Shown one piece after another: positions 11,784-23,519 of a DNA stretch of 45,815 nt (position 1 is the first letter of the stretch; each line of letters opens with the position of its first letter). Both the position numbers and the translations under genes were made by a program. Under the pieces are notes generated by a model. It did not search any database. It had not been told where the DNA came from and saw only the letters and a list, made by a program, of their open reading frames with translations. Source of the stretch: Nemertoderma westbladi (taxonomy: Eukaryota; Animalia; Xenacoelomorpha); the NCBI GenBank assembly GCA_032718475.1, contig JAUCBJ010000362.1:1-45815 (forward strand), in the 5' to 3' direction.

Positions 11784-12170
11784 TGTATCGCAATCGAAAA
11801 GATAGAAACCGAAATCGAGACTGGAATTGAGACTTTTGATTGGACTTATAAGAAGTTATACCGTAGGGCCAACAATACATGTGCATAAAATAGGTCAACC
11901 TTTATTTATATTTATATCAAATTTTAATTGTTTGTTTCTTGTAATATCTTTTAAATTAATAATAAAATTGTAATAGATTGTCCTATTAGGTATCGGAAAC
12001 GTTCTGTGTTTTTATACCTACGAGATTAGCACTACATTGGGGATTAACCAGACATTATTGTAAATTACTGTTGTTAGATATATGTTAGCTATAAGATAAT
12101 ATAAAAGCATTGCGTCGTGGGTTGGTGGGTTTCATTTCACTATTTTCAACGGGTGTTCACATAATGCTAA

Positions 12171-12930
12171 CATGTTCGTGGGGCCATCATGCAGGACGAG
12201 GCTCAGTTATCAGATACAGATTAAAATTGAGCGACTGTATCACAAAATAAGGTTTTGAGAAATTTACCCACACCACCAATCAATCAAAGAAAGGGGGACA
12301 GTACGTGTTCAGCCCTTTTAATCTGCCCCCCCCCCCCCCCCACCAGTACTTTATAACTACCGATGCCATCAATAGGCGAAGCCAGGTATGGTTTATAGGA
12401 ATATAATCGACGCAGTAGGCAGTACTCGTCTTCATTATTATAAACGTCGTTGTGCTCGTCCTGTTTTGTATTTAAACATATTTCCTAAACGCAGACTGAC
12501 GGACGATCTTTATAACTACTGATGCCTTCAATAGGCGAAGACAGGTATGGTTAATAGGAATATAGTCTACGCAGTACTCGTCTTCATTATATGCCTCGTG
12601 GAGATATGTGGAGATGTGTGATACAACGCCAACGCATCGTATGCCGATGTAGTAATATGGGTAATGAAATAATATTAAATCAATGTACACTCTTAAAGCT
12701 GCAGCGAAAAAATGTAGCTAATTTCCTAGGTTACATATAAAATAATAATATTATTTTTAAGAACATTAATTTTACTACTTTGCAAAAATTCAATTAAAAA
12801 ATAACCAGACAAATATATTGCGGAATAAACTATTTCAGATATAAGCCTACACAACAGCCATTATATCTTCTGTCACCTGAGATCGTAAGTAATACAACAT
12901 TTATAGTATAGAGTCAATAGGAATTGAAAT
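12171..12930 (+). repeat. Dispersed repeat starting CA(C/T)GTTCGTGGGGCC with internal ~160-bp tandem units (copy 1)
   Basis: High identity to 25386-26217. The same leading motif occurs at 11294-11341, and a diverged reverse copy lies near 40190-40295. Confidence 0.8.
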
Positions 12931-13030
12931 AAAGGCAGTGTATGGTTGGAGTTATGTCTGGGTTTCTATAGCAATACTACTGGCTGCCTATTACAGTACA
13001 ATTCCCCTCTGGTAAGTCTACACCAACTAA

Positions 13031-13140
13031 TACAAGACAAAAGATAATACTTAACTTATCTACATCATTAAGTATCTCACACAAGAGAGAAGATGATACT
13101 TAATGATGTAGATAAGTTAAGTATCATCTTCGATCTTGTA
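13031..13140. repeat. Long hairpin (46-bp arms, 4 mismatches, 18-nt loop)
   Basis: 13031-13076 is the reverse complement of 13095-13140; the inner 30 bp pair perfectly. Confidence 0.85.
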
Positions 13141-14623
13141 TGAATTTCTGACCACTTATATATACAACGAATAAGATAATGTAGAAATTATTAAGGAGAT
13201 AACACAATGTCAGAGTGAGAACAAAAAAATTAGATATGGTATCAATATATTACCATGAAGATTACTAGAAGTGATGAATTTTATTAAAAACATTCACTTA
13301 TATATATAAATTTGTGATGTGGCATAGTCAACGAAGAAGAGATGGTACGTGTCATAATCATCGACGAATAAGAAAAGAGATGGAGTGCAACGTGGATGAA
13401 TGGTTGGTTGTCTGAATAGGAAATACGTGAAAGAATATGAATCATAGGGTTGTGTGTGTAATAATCAATAATTATTATAATAAAAACGTGCAGTATATAA
13501 TGTTAGTGGTGGTAGCCTTTCAATATGACCCAGATGCTGCGGGATTGGTTAGGTTGAGTAACTACTATGCAAATGTTGTTTGTATACGTGTAGCCGGGAC
13601 GTGGATTGGTGACAGCCGTGGTGGAGTTGGCAATCAATATAATATCTGATGTAGTTGGTGGCCACGTTGTCAGCATATACAGTATACAGTGGTTGGTTGG
13701 TTGCGTGAATAGGAAATAACTATGGAAATGTTCGTATACGTGTAGCCGGAAACGTGGTGGATTGGTAGGTTGCTTGGTTGAATGGATTGGTGATCGATTC
13801 GATATAATAGGGTAGTGTGGGGCTAGCCACACGATGAGAGGTTTGGGTACGCGAAGATGAATATGCTATGGTTGGTTGATGCAACGACGCGAACCAATAC
13901 TGACGGGAGGTAACAGCTGTAGGAGTAAGGAGGGCATCGCGAGGTTAGGCTACGCGTAGGTGATAGGCAGCGATTGGTTGAAGGCAACGACGCGAATCAA
14001 TATTGATGGTGACAGATGGTCATTAAACACCTCGATTTAGCACCGGAATTTGGCATTTTTTAATTGCCTCCGAGATGTGGCCCGTAGCCCAGGCTAGGGA
14101 GGAGTTAGCCGAGAACTATGCTTCTCCTACTACTACCGGTGCACTGGCACTTAAAGGGACCTGCAGCCCTATCCGGTAGAGTTACACGTTACAAGTTTAT
14201 TTTGCATTAAGCTGAGAGCTTTTATTGTTTAATATATTATATTCGATCTAAGGTTATCAATATATTCTCGGGTGCGAAACATAACTAGGCGCTGCGAGTA
14301 GGGATGAACCTACATGGGGAAGATGACCTATACAGGGCCACTGGACAAACATGCCGGTCTCGTAATAAAACGGGACATTTTGTATCATCTAAAGTAACAA
14401 AAAAAACCCAACAAAAAAACAAAAAATGGTGCTATAGTATAGATTCATAGTATAGCGCGACCTCTTGACGCAGTCGATTTCTACATAGATGGAATTTTTA
14501 TTGGTAACAAAACCTGTATCGCCGATACTGGGGTCCAAGTTGTTGCAGAAGGGTCCTCTCAATTCAAAGGTTAAAATACTACCACCTGATTTACCATTAC
14601 AAGCAGCAAACGGATGACTTAGT

Positions 14624-15849
14624 CAGTGTTGAGAACTGCAACTGTAACTGAATGATTTTGATGATTTTTTGATACTGTAACTATAACTGTAACTAACTGT
14701 AATTGCGAATTTTGAATGCTGTAACAGTAACTGAAACTGAAATTACTAAAAATCGATTCGGTTCTCAACCACACAATTAACATGAATGAGCATTTGAAAC
14801 AGTATTGTAATAGTTCAATAAATGAATAACAGTGGTCGACATGGTTATCATTTTTAAAACATTGCATTTTTATTGATTATTTGAGTTTTGAACCTTGATA
14901 GTAGTCAAGTGGCCCAAAGACCCATTGCACACTTAACTCAACTGTGATTTATTTGGCGAGTCAAGCATCAAGTAATGAACGAAGATCTAGCATATACTGT
15001 AGTTATAATTAGTCAGGTTTATCTATCTCAACTATTAGACTATTATCAGCCCTATCAGCACTCTTTGCTTCCTAAATATCGCATATCAAATGTAAATGTT
15101 TTAGATAAACAAAAATATAGTAATGGTAATGGTCGGTAGAGGGATATAAAGGATATATATTTTATATTATGAATTATTAATGTTACTTGTACTATTAATA
15201 TCACAGGGGATATCACACTAGAGGCACACTGGAAATTAAATTTTTATCAAGTTTACATTATAAATTACAATTAAACTTAAAAAGTGAAAGGAGCAGCTTA
15301 ACGAGGTGGGTCTAATCAAAACTAAAATTATATGCTTACTACAACAAATTATAAATTAAGGGAAATGAGCAGGTTTCAGAAGCATGGCCTTTATAACCAA
15401 ATCAATAAATGATAACAGTACAAGCACTGAAACAAGATACACAGTAAAATGTGGGTGCCTTTAGTTGATCTTGTGACCGCCACTTTTATTACATACAGTC
15501 AATATATTAGTTACAAAATATTACCATAGATGGGATGGGGTCCATCTTTCCTACAACAACTACCCTATACCGCTCATGCAGTTAGGCTCTATAAAGAGGC
15601 AGTTTCGTAATGAACATTATTATTAGTGTATATTACAGTTATATATATTAAAGTGACTGATTTTTAGTTTTAGATAACCTTTTTTATTTGGCAAGTGATT
15701 CGTTTGATTTTTGTTGGGCGAGTGACTCATTGGGTGAGTGACTGCACTGCATAATACTCAAACTGTAACTGAAATGTATAACTTTGAATACTGAAACTGT
15801 AACTGTAACTGAATGAAATTAGTCAAAATTTATTCAGTTCTCAACACTA
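14624..15849. mobile_element. hAT-like non-autonomous DNA transposon (~1.2 kb)
   Basis: TIRs CAGTGTTGAGAACTG / CAGTTCTCAACACTA with subterminal (AACTGT/AACTGA)n at both ends. No matching TSD. A near-identical truncated copy lies at 26353-27404. Confidence 0.8.
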
Positions 15850-15904
15850 CTTATTACTTGCGAAGTAATGGTCCAGATGTTATTATGCATGAAGGACATA
15901 TGGA

Positions 15905-18900
15905 ATGATGGACATATCACAGCTTAAAAAGAGTCACAATGGATTCAAGGCGAACTTCACTCGTTGTTTGAATATTGGGAAGGCTAGTCTTCAAGATGTT
16001 AGCTCTATCCCTATTGAGAATCGTTCTCCGTTCATATACAAGGAATTAGAAGACAGTTACCTTAAAGTAAAGATCGCCTATGGGAAACTCGGTGAGTCAT
16101 TATTTCGTTTTGAGGATTTCCCTACTGAACAATTATCTGAACAAAATGTTTATGATGAACTTACAGATAATTTTATCGACATTAGATCTCTTGTAGGCCA
16201 CGAATTGTCATGTAAATCTACAGTTCCTAATTCTGCTGATCAACCTACACCAGTAGTTACTGGTAGTCATAAATCCGATAATGCACCCCGTGCACCGGTT
16301 AATAAACCACCATGTCTGGAAGAAGATGTGAATATAAAACAGTTTAATAGGTGGCGGAAAGCATGGGTTAACTATGCCAAAATTATTCAATTATCAAAAC
16401 AGCCCCGTGATGAACAGGTTTCTTCATTCTTTGGGTACTGTACACCTGCCCTGCTATCTAAACTTCAATATGCTGTAGGAATTACCCAAAATACCCATCT
16501 AAATTTGGAAGAGGTATTAAACAGTGTTGAAGAATATTTAAGATCGAAACAAAATATAGCCCTAGATAGACTTGAATTGACACTATGTAGGCAGCAGGAA
16601 GGTGAACAATTCGATGATTTTTATATAAGAATATGTGAGATAGCAGAAGATGCGGGGTTAATTCAAATGACTGTAAATGAATGGATGTCTACTTTGATTA
16701 TTGTGGGTATGATGAGGAAATTCGGCAGGAGCTTTTAGCCAAATATCCCCCTTTAGATCATGAAGAAACCTTAAAATTCTGTCACTCTGAAGAAGCGGCA
16801 CGCATCCATAGAAAATCAGTAACAACTATTCTGTCTGGTAGTCCAAAGGGAACTACAGCAGCCGCAGTAACAAATCCCCCAAATAACTCAAAATACCCCA
16901 AACAACGTGGGAGAAGTCAATATAGTGGGCGTTCAAATAGTGGATATAGAAATTCCCGCAGTCAATCAAATTATCGCCGTTATTTATTTGACAATAAATC
17001 AAATAATTGCACAAAATGTGGTTATCAGAGACATTCATATGGTAAGGAATGTCCGGCAAAGAATAGAACTTGCAACAAATGCAAACGTCTTAATCATTTT
17101 GCTACAGTTTGTTATAGTAAAACAAAAATTCAGCAAAAAACCCAAAATGCTACTTTATATGTTGGTTCTGTTGATTCTGGTAATCAACCATTGGTAAATT
17201 TATCGATTTATGAAACCAATACAGAAATTTTTCTGGGACATGTGAATGCAGTAGCTGATACGGGATCAGAACGAAACGTTGCGCCCATGGGTATATTAAA
17301 TCACCTTAATATTGACATTCACAATATCTGTAAACCGAGTAATGAAAGATTAATGAGTATTAATGGTATTCAATTGAAGGAAGTGGGCCAAATTTATTTG
17401 AAAGTCAAATTGGCCAATAGATCAACCACAATGTGTGTGATTATATGTGAAGATGTTCCTATGCTTTATTTATCTCTCAAAGTAGAGAACTTGAAATTGT
17501 GTCTAAAGATTTTCCTAACCCACCTCCAATATTAGTTAGAGGATTATCAAGTGTGGCGGAACATAACATGAGTTATAACACAGATAGAAACTCACTTTTG
17601 AAGGACACAATCTTATTTGATAAACTCCCTGAAAACCCAACTGAGGAAATAATAGAAACAATATTTAATAAATTGAAACATACCTACAAGGATGTTTTCT
17701 TTAATGGCAATGCATTAATTACCAGTACTCCAGGGTTCAGGTGTCGGTGATTCTATGCATATACATTTAAAGGAGAATGCTGTCCCCTATGCAATTTATG
17801 GTGTGCGACCAGTCCCTTTTGCTATTCGTGACAGAGTTAAAAGGGAACTTGACTCTCTAATCAGTTTGAACATTATTGCACCACTGGGAGACAAACCCAC
17901 ACAATGGTGCCACCCCATGGTCGCAGTTGATGAAGGTAACAAAATTCGCTTATGTGTAGATTTAACACATTTAAACAGCCAAGTCGAAAGAATTGTTCAC
18001 CCTTCACAATCACCTGGCCAAGCAGTAGGGAACATTACTCGCAATTCTAAATGGTTTACGAAAATAGATGCCAAACGAGGTTACTGGCAAATACCACTAG
18101 ATGCAGAATCTCAAGATTTAACATGCTTTTTAACACCATGGGGCCGATACAAATTCCTAAGGTCTCCAATGGGTTTCGTCAGCACAGGTGATGCCTTCAA
18201 TTTGCGATTAGATATTGCATTTGATGGGATTAATAATATTGGAAAAATCGTTGACGATATTCTTGTATATAATGAAAATTTTACGGAACATGTTAAATCT
18301 GTATGCAAAGTTTTAGAGCGTTGCCGAAATCATAGTATAACTATAAATGAACAAAAATGTGAATTTGCAAAATCAACAATTAAATATGCTGGATATATTA
18401 TCTCATGCAATGAAATTAAAGCCGATTCAGACAAAATTAAAGCCATAACTGAGTTCCCAACACCTACAAATAGGACGGAACTGAAATCTTTTATGGGCCT
18501 TGTACAGCAGTTAGCACAATTTTCAAATGTTGTGAATACCACCGCTGTACCATTTAGAGATATATTAAAGACCAAAAATGCATATGTATGGACTCCAGAT
18601 CATCAATCAGCATTTACTAAAATCAAAGAGATACTATCTTCACCTCCTATCCTTACAAACTTTGATTTATCTGCCGAGACAATATTACAAACAGATGCCT
18701 CGAAAACAAAAGGATTAGGATTTATTCTTATGCAGAGACAGGATGATCAATGGAAGTTAGTCCAATGTGGCTCAAGATTCTTAAAAGATGCGGAGAGCCG
18801 ATACGCTATGTCTGAATTAGAAGCACTAGCTATAGTATGGGCCCATAAGAAATGCCATATATATTTATCAGGATTGCCTACTTATACAGTTTTAACAGAC

Positions 18901-20469
18901 CATAAACCGCTTGTGACAATATTTAATAAATATACATTAAACATGATTGAAAATGTGAAACTCCAAAACTACAAACTTAAATTGAGCAACTATCAGTTTG
19001 TAGTCAAGTGGCAGAAAGGTAAAGACCATAACATCCCAGATGCCCTAAGTAGGGCACCTATTGATGACCCTGATAGTAATGATAATATTGAAGATGAGAG
19101 TGAAAACGTGCAAAAGTCTTGTGTAAAATCCGTAACTTGTTTAGCCGCAACAAAAATCATACTAGATGATGAATTGATTACACAAGATACTACATTATCT
19201 GACCCTATTATAGATGATTTACGATATGTTGCGAAATGTGATGAAAACTATATGCAATTAGTTAAAGCAATAGAATCTGGATTTCAACCTATAGATACCA
19301 ATTCCCAATTTGTATCAATGTTTAAAAAAATATGGTATGACTTATCAACTGATGATGGATTAATACTATATGGAAGACGACTAGTAATCCCACAAACGAG
19401 ACGGAAAGAGGTATTAACCCAATTACATAGTTCTCCCCAGGGAATTGAAAGGACAAAACGTCATGCGAGAGAATCAGTCTATTGGCCGGGATTATCAAAT
19501 GAAATAACGCAAGTTGTGAATTCCTGTGAGAAGTGCCAACTGCGATTTCCTAGTAACAGAAAGGAACCAATGATTTCTGATATTACACCATCACATATGT
19601 TTGAATCTGTCTCAAGCGACTTATTTATTTATAGTGGCAGAACATATTTTACTTATGTTGACCAACTATCTGGCTTTCCATATATTAGTGACTGAAAATA
19701 TCCTCCCACATCAAAGGATGTAACTAATGAAGTAAGACGATTATTTGTTGATACTGGAGTTCCAGTAAGATTCAGATCCGATGGTGGTCCTCAATATATG
19801 GCAAAGGAATTTAATGATTTCCTTAAACAATGGGGAGTATCATGGGTACCCTCAACACCATACTACGCTCAATCAAATGGTGTTGCTGAAGCTTCTGTTA
19901 AATACCTAAAGAACCTTGTTGCAAAGACTGGTGGAAACATCCGCTCTAATGAATTTCTTGCTGGATTAATGGAGTTGAGGAATACTCCTCGCATTAATGG
20001 ACTCTCACCAGCAGTAGTGCTATATGGACATCCAATCAGATCAAAGGTACCAATGCACCATAGTTGTTTTGCTAAAGAATGGCAGACAAAAGCTAAAGAA
20101 GCAAACGACATAACTCTACAGGAGAAGCTGCGATCGATGGAGACATATAACAAAACTGCACGAAAAACACCTTTACCTATTCTAACTCCGGAATCAGATG
20201 TTCTTATCCAGAATCCTTGCACAAAAAGATGGGATAAATCTGGAATAATAATATATCGTGGTAGTGACCGGGATTACAGAATTAAACTCAAATCAGGCCG
20301 AGTATTATGGTGCAACCAAAGATTTTTACGACCACTGATTCCTCGGAAACAAACTCAGTCTACCCAACAGTTAGTTAATACTCGAGAACCAAAATCCATT
20401 TTATGGCGAAGCCCACGATTACGTAACAATAACTATTGTGTGAAATTCAAAGAAGAAAAAATAGAGTAG
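15905..20469 (+). mobile_element. Ty3/Gypsy (Mag-like) LTR retrotransposon gag-pol, disrupted
   Basis: Gag (RQQEGEQFDDF, paired zinc knuckle CTKC..H..CPAKNRTCNKC...NHFATVC), protease ADTGS, RT (IDAKRGYWQI, PMG, IVDDIL), RNase H (TDAS, ELEALA, TDHKPL) and integrase (SDLF, SDGGPQY, SNGVAE), in Gypsy order. Frameshifts near 16710, 17490 and 17740; stop at 19693-19695; HHCC damaged (HSSPQG). Confidence 0.96.
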
Positions 20470-20522
20470 ATAGAAGTATATATATAGAAAGTATATGAAT
20501 TTTATTTTAAAACGAAAAGGCA

Positions 20523-20719
20523 TGTTCTAAGTATACATCACATATCTATGACCTAAGTTCAAGTGCTTATTAGTATGTATTGTGATATCAATTGCCCTAC
20601 GGACTGATAGAGGATTATTCTTGTAATACATGCAGTAATGAGATCTGCTAACCTATTCTTTCTTACTTCAGTCCTTAAGGCCTACTGCATACTGCTGTAC
20701 TACAGTACTGAATACAACA
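20523..20719 (+). mobile_element. Probable 3' LTR (197 bp) with upstream polypurine tract
   Basis: aaaacgaaaagg-ca (20509-20522) followed by TGTT...AACA ends. No second copy in the window to confirm it. Confidence 0.65.
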
Positions 20720-21538
20720 ATATACTGTGCACAGCACACGGACCCAAAGGATGTCATATACTTTGCACACGGACCCAATGGATGTCATATACTTTGCACA
20801 CGGACCCAAAGGATGTCAAATTCTTTGAACACGGACCCAAAGGATGTCAGATACTTTGAACACGGACCCAAAGGATGTCAGATACTTTGAACACGGAACC
20901 AAAGGATCCCAGATACTTTGCACACGGACCCAAAGGATGTCATATACTGTGCACACGGACCCAAAGGATGTCATATACTTTGCACACGGACCCAAAGGAT
21001 GTCATATACTTTGCACACGGACCCAGACGATGTCATATACTTTGCACACGGACCCAAAGGATGTTATATACTTTGCACACGGACCCAAAGGATGTCAGAT
21101 ACTTTGAACACGGAACCAAAGGATCCTAGCTACTTTGCACACGGACCCAAAGGATGTCATATACTGTGCACACGGACCCAAAGGATGTCATATACTTTGC
21201 ACACGGACCCAAAGGATGTCAAATTCTTTGAACACGGACCCAAAGGATGTCAGATACTTTGAACACGGAACCAAAGGATCCCAGATACTTTGCACACGGA
21301 CCCAAAGGATGTCATATACTGTGCACACGGACCCAAAGGATGTCATATACTTTGCACACGGACCCAAAGGATGTCAAATTCTTTGAACACGGACCCAAAG
21401 GATGTCAGATACTTTGAACACCGAACCAAAGGATCCCAGATACTTTGCACACGGACCCAAAGGATGTCATATACTGTGCACACGGACCCAAAGGATGTCA
21501 TATACTTTGCACACGGACCCAAAGGATGTCATATACTT
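20720..21538. repeat. 31-bp tandem satellite, 26 units plus a partial unit, with a 5-mer higher-order repeat
   Basis: Consensus GCACACGGACCCAAAGGATGTCATATACTTT. Variant units recur in a fixed order; a poly-G run follows. Confidence 0.97.
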
Positions 21539-21812
21539 GGGGGGGGGGGGGGGGGGGGGGGGGGGTACACAATTTTGGTCAAAAATATGTCGAATTTTTT
21601 TCGGATTTATTATAATGCACCATGGAATGGTGTTTCCAAATTAATGAAAGGTCGATTATTTTTTATGAAATTAATCTGAAACTTTCTGTGGGTGTCTACA
21701 TGTGGGTGCCACCCTACATAAAAGTATCAGACAACTTTTCGAAATTATTTGTTAATTAAATTTAATACTATTTATATATAACAAACCTAAAAATTTAGCA
21801 TAAATTTGCAGA

Positions 21813-21824
21813 GCCACCTAGCGG
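21813..21824 (-). promoter_or_regulatory. CTCF-like core motif
   Basis: Minus strand CCGCTAGGTGGC fits the CTCF core CCRSYAGRKGGC. This is a motif match only. Confidence 0.3.
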
Positions 21825-23519
21825 TGCAGAATTATTTTCACAAAATTTCGCCTGATAGTTATGTTGCCCCATCTTTGATCTATCATATAAAAAAACTTTA
21901 ATGTGATTAGATTCCAAACTGTAAAAGCCTTTTTTAAGTTTTAAGTTTTATTTTTTTTATTGATGTAACTCAAAAAATTAACCCTCTAGTCATTACCGAT
22001 GGAATAAAAACTTTCACCATTGGGATTCCCCTTTTTTAAAGATTTTAAGTGATTACATTTTGAAATTAGCTGAAATACTACTGGAATTTATTAGACCTAC
22101 TGTATTAAATATTACCGCGAAGTTTGAAGTTTTTTATTACACCATTTTTATGACCCGTAATATAGTGTCATTTTCTGATGACACGGACCCCCCCCAAATT
22201 TTTCTACAAATCTTTATCATATTGTTTGAAATTTGAAACACAACTAGTTCAACTCACCGTGGTTGTTACCATGAAGCCGGAATTTTCGATTTCGCCTTTA
22301 AATTTTCTTTATAAGCGTTTTAAAAAAGTGTCTTTTGCGAAATCGCACCCACTGTATCATTGCCATTCTTCACTTTAGTCGTAATTTTTTCACATCAATA
22401 GAAAGCTTGCGTTGAAAGGATTCCAAATATGTAGCAATATCTGAATTTCATTGATAAACAGATGAAAAATAGGCGTTCAAAGATTGCAAGAATTATTGTT
22501 CGCTGCAAGCCATTTATTCTATTTAATAAATACACAAAATTCTGTATAATATATCCTCGGCAGAGTCCCTACAATATTTGCAAATACATTGCAATGACAA
22601 CTCGTGGAAAGGGGTACCAGTTGGACAGATGAGGTACTGGAAACCATGGGCGGTTGCCCCTAGTGACAATGTGTCAATTTCTCTGTTGTGAACTTGTTGT
22701 GAAGGCTGGGCCTCTGGTGAATCCCTGTTGGTGAAAATTTTCTGTTAATACAATGCAACATCTGTAATAATGTTATTATTATATTAAAGTTGTATTTTCA
22801 CTTTTCGGGTGATATTTTATAGGAAATTTTAAGTGTTTAATAGCGCTTATAACCAGTACAGACTAATTCGTTTAGTGTTTTGGTTAGATTCAGCCCTAAT
22901 GTAACCTGGGGTTTTCGTGAAAAACTGATATTCTTAACGTAATAATAGTAAAACCAGGACCTCCCAGCCAGAGGTGAGAGCAGTAACAGCGAAAGCTTTT
23001 TAGGAAATGTTTGATGGGAAATGAACAGTATAATATCAAAATTAAACCAATTTACAATCTCTTTATTATAAATTGAATGCAGATGAGCAGTAAGAAGTAT
23101 AATTACTATCATACTGTACAATCAATTATCTTCTAGTGTTTTGTTTCCCGCTATTTAGAGTTTAAAATAATATAACATCGGTTTGTATGAGATCCACTCT
23201 GCGTTGTAATGCAGAAGAAAAGGATCTGAAGTACTGTGTGTAGGATTCTATGTTTGAATGCAATTTTGAGATATGGAGAAAAAATAAACAGGATAAGTTT
23301 TGGACCGAAATGGCAACATCATTTTCTTGTATGGATTATTCATCTCCTAATTGATTTTAGAGATATAATTGATTTTACCTCAGTTTTATTGTTGGTTAAA
23401 ATGTTAAATTTAAAAGTAAGATTTACGTTGGAAGTGACACACGAATCAATACAACTTCCGGTAATTTTACTTTAAAAAAATTTAACATTAACTTTATATG
23501 GATTTCTTTTGTAATTTAA

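Noticed and set aside
14624-15890. The duplicated 1.1-kb segments as the LTR pair of the Gypsy
   Set aside because: They have TIRs, no TG...CA ends and no adjoining PBS or PPT. The second copy is about 6 kb beyond the integrase, and a better 3' LTR candidate lies at 20523-20719.
20720-21538. CRISPR-like array, or repeat proteins in the overlapping ORFs
   Set aside because: The units are contiguous with no unique spacers and there are no cas genes. The ORFs arise because the 31-bp unit has few stop codons.
21539-21565. Poly-G runs as functional G-quadruplex elements (also about 1265, 9900, 34146, 35279, 43598 and 44453)
   Set aside because: Most are expansions of G-rich transposon subtermini, and homopolymer length is unreliable in assemblies.
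22590-22730. Possible CR1 3' fragment on the minus strand (TRGN...FPRVV)
   Set aside because: Too short and degenerate to support.
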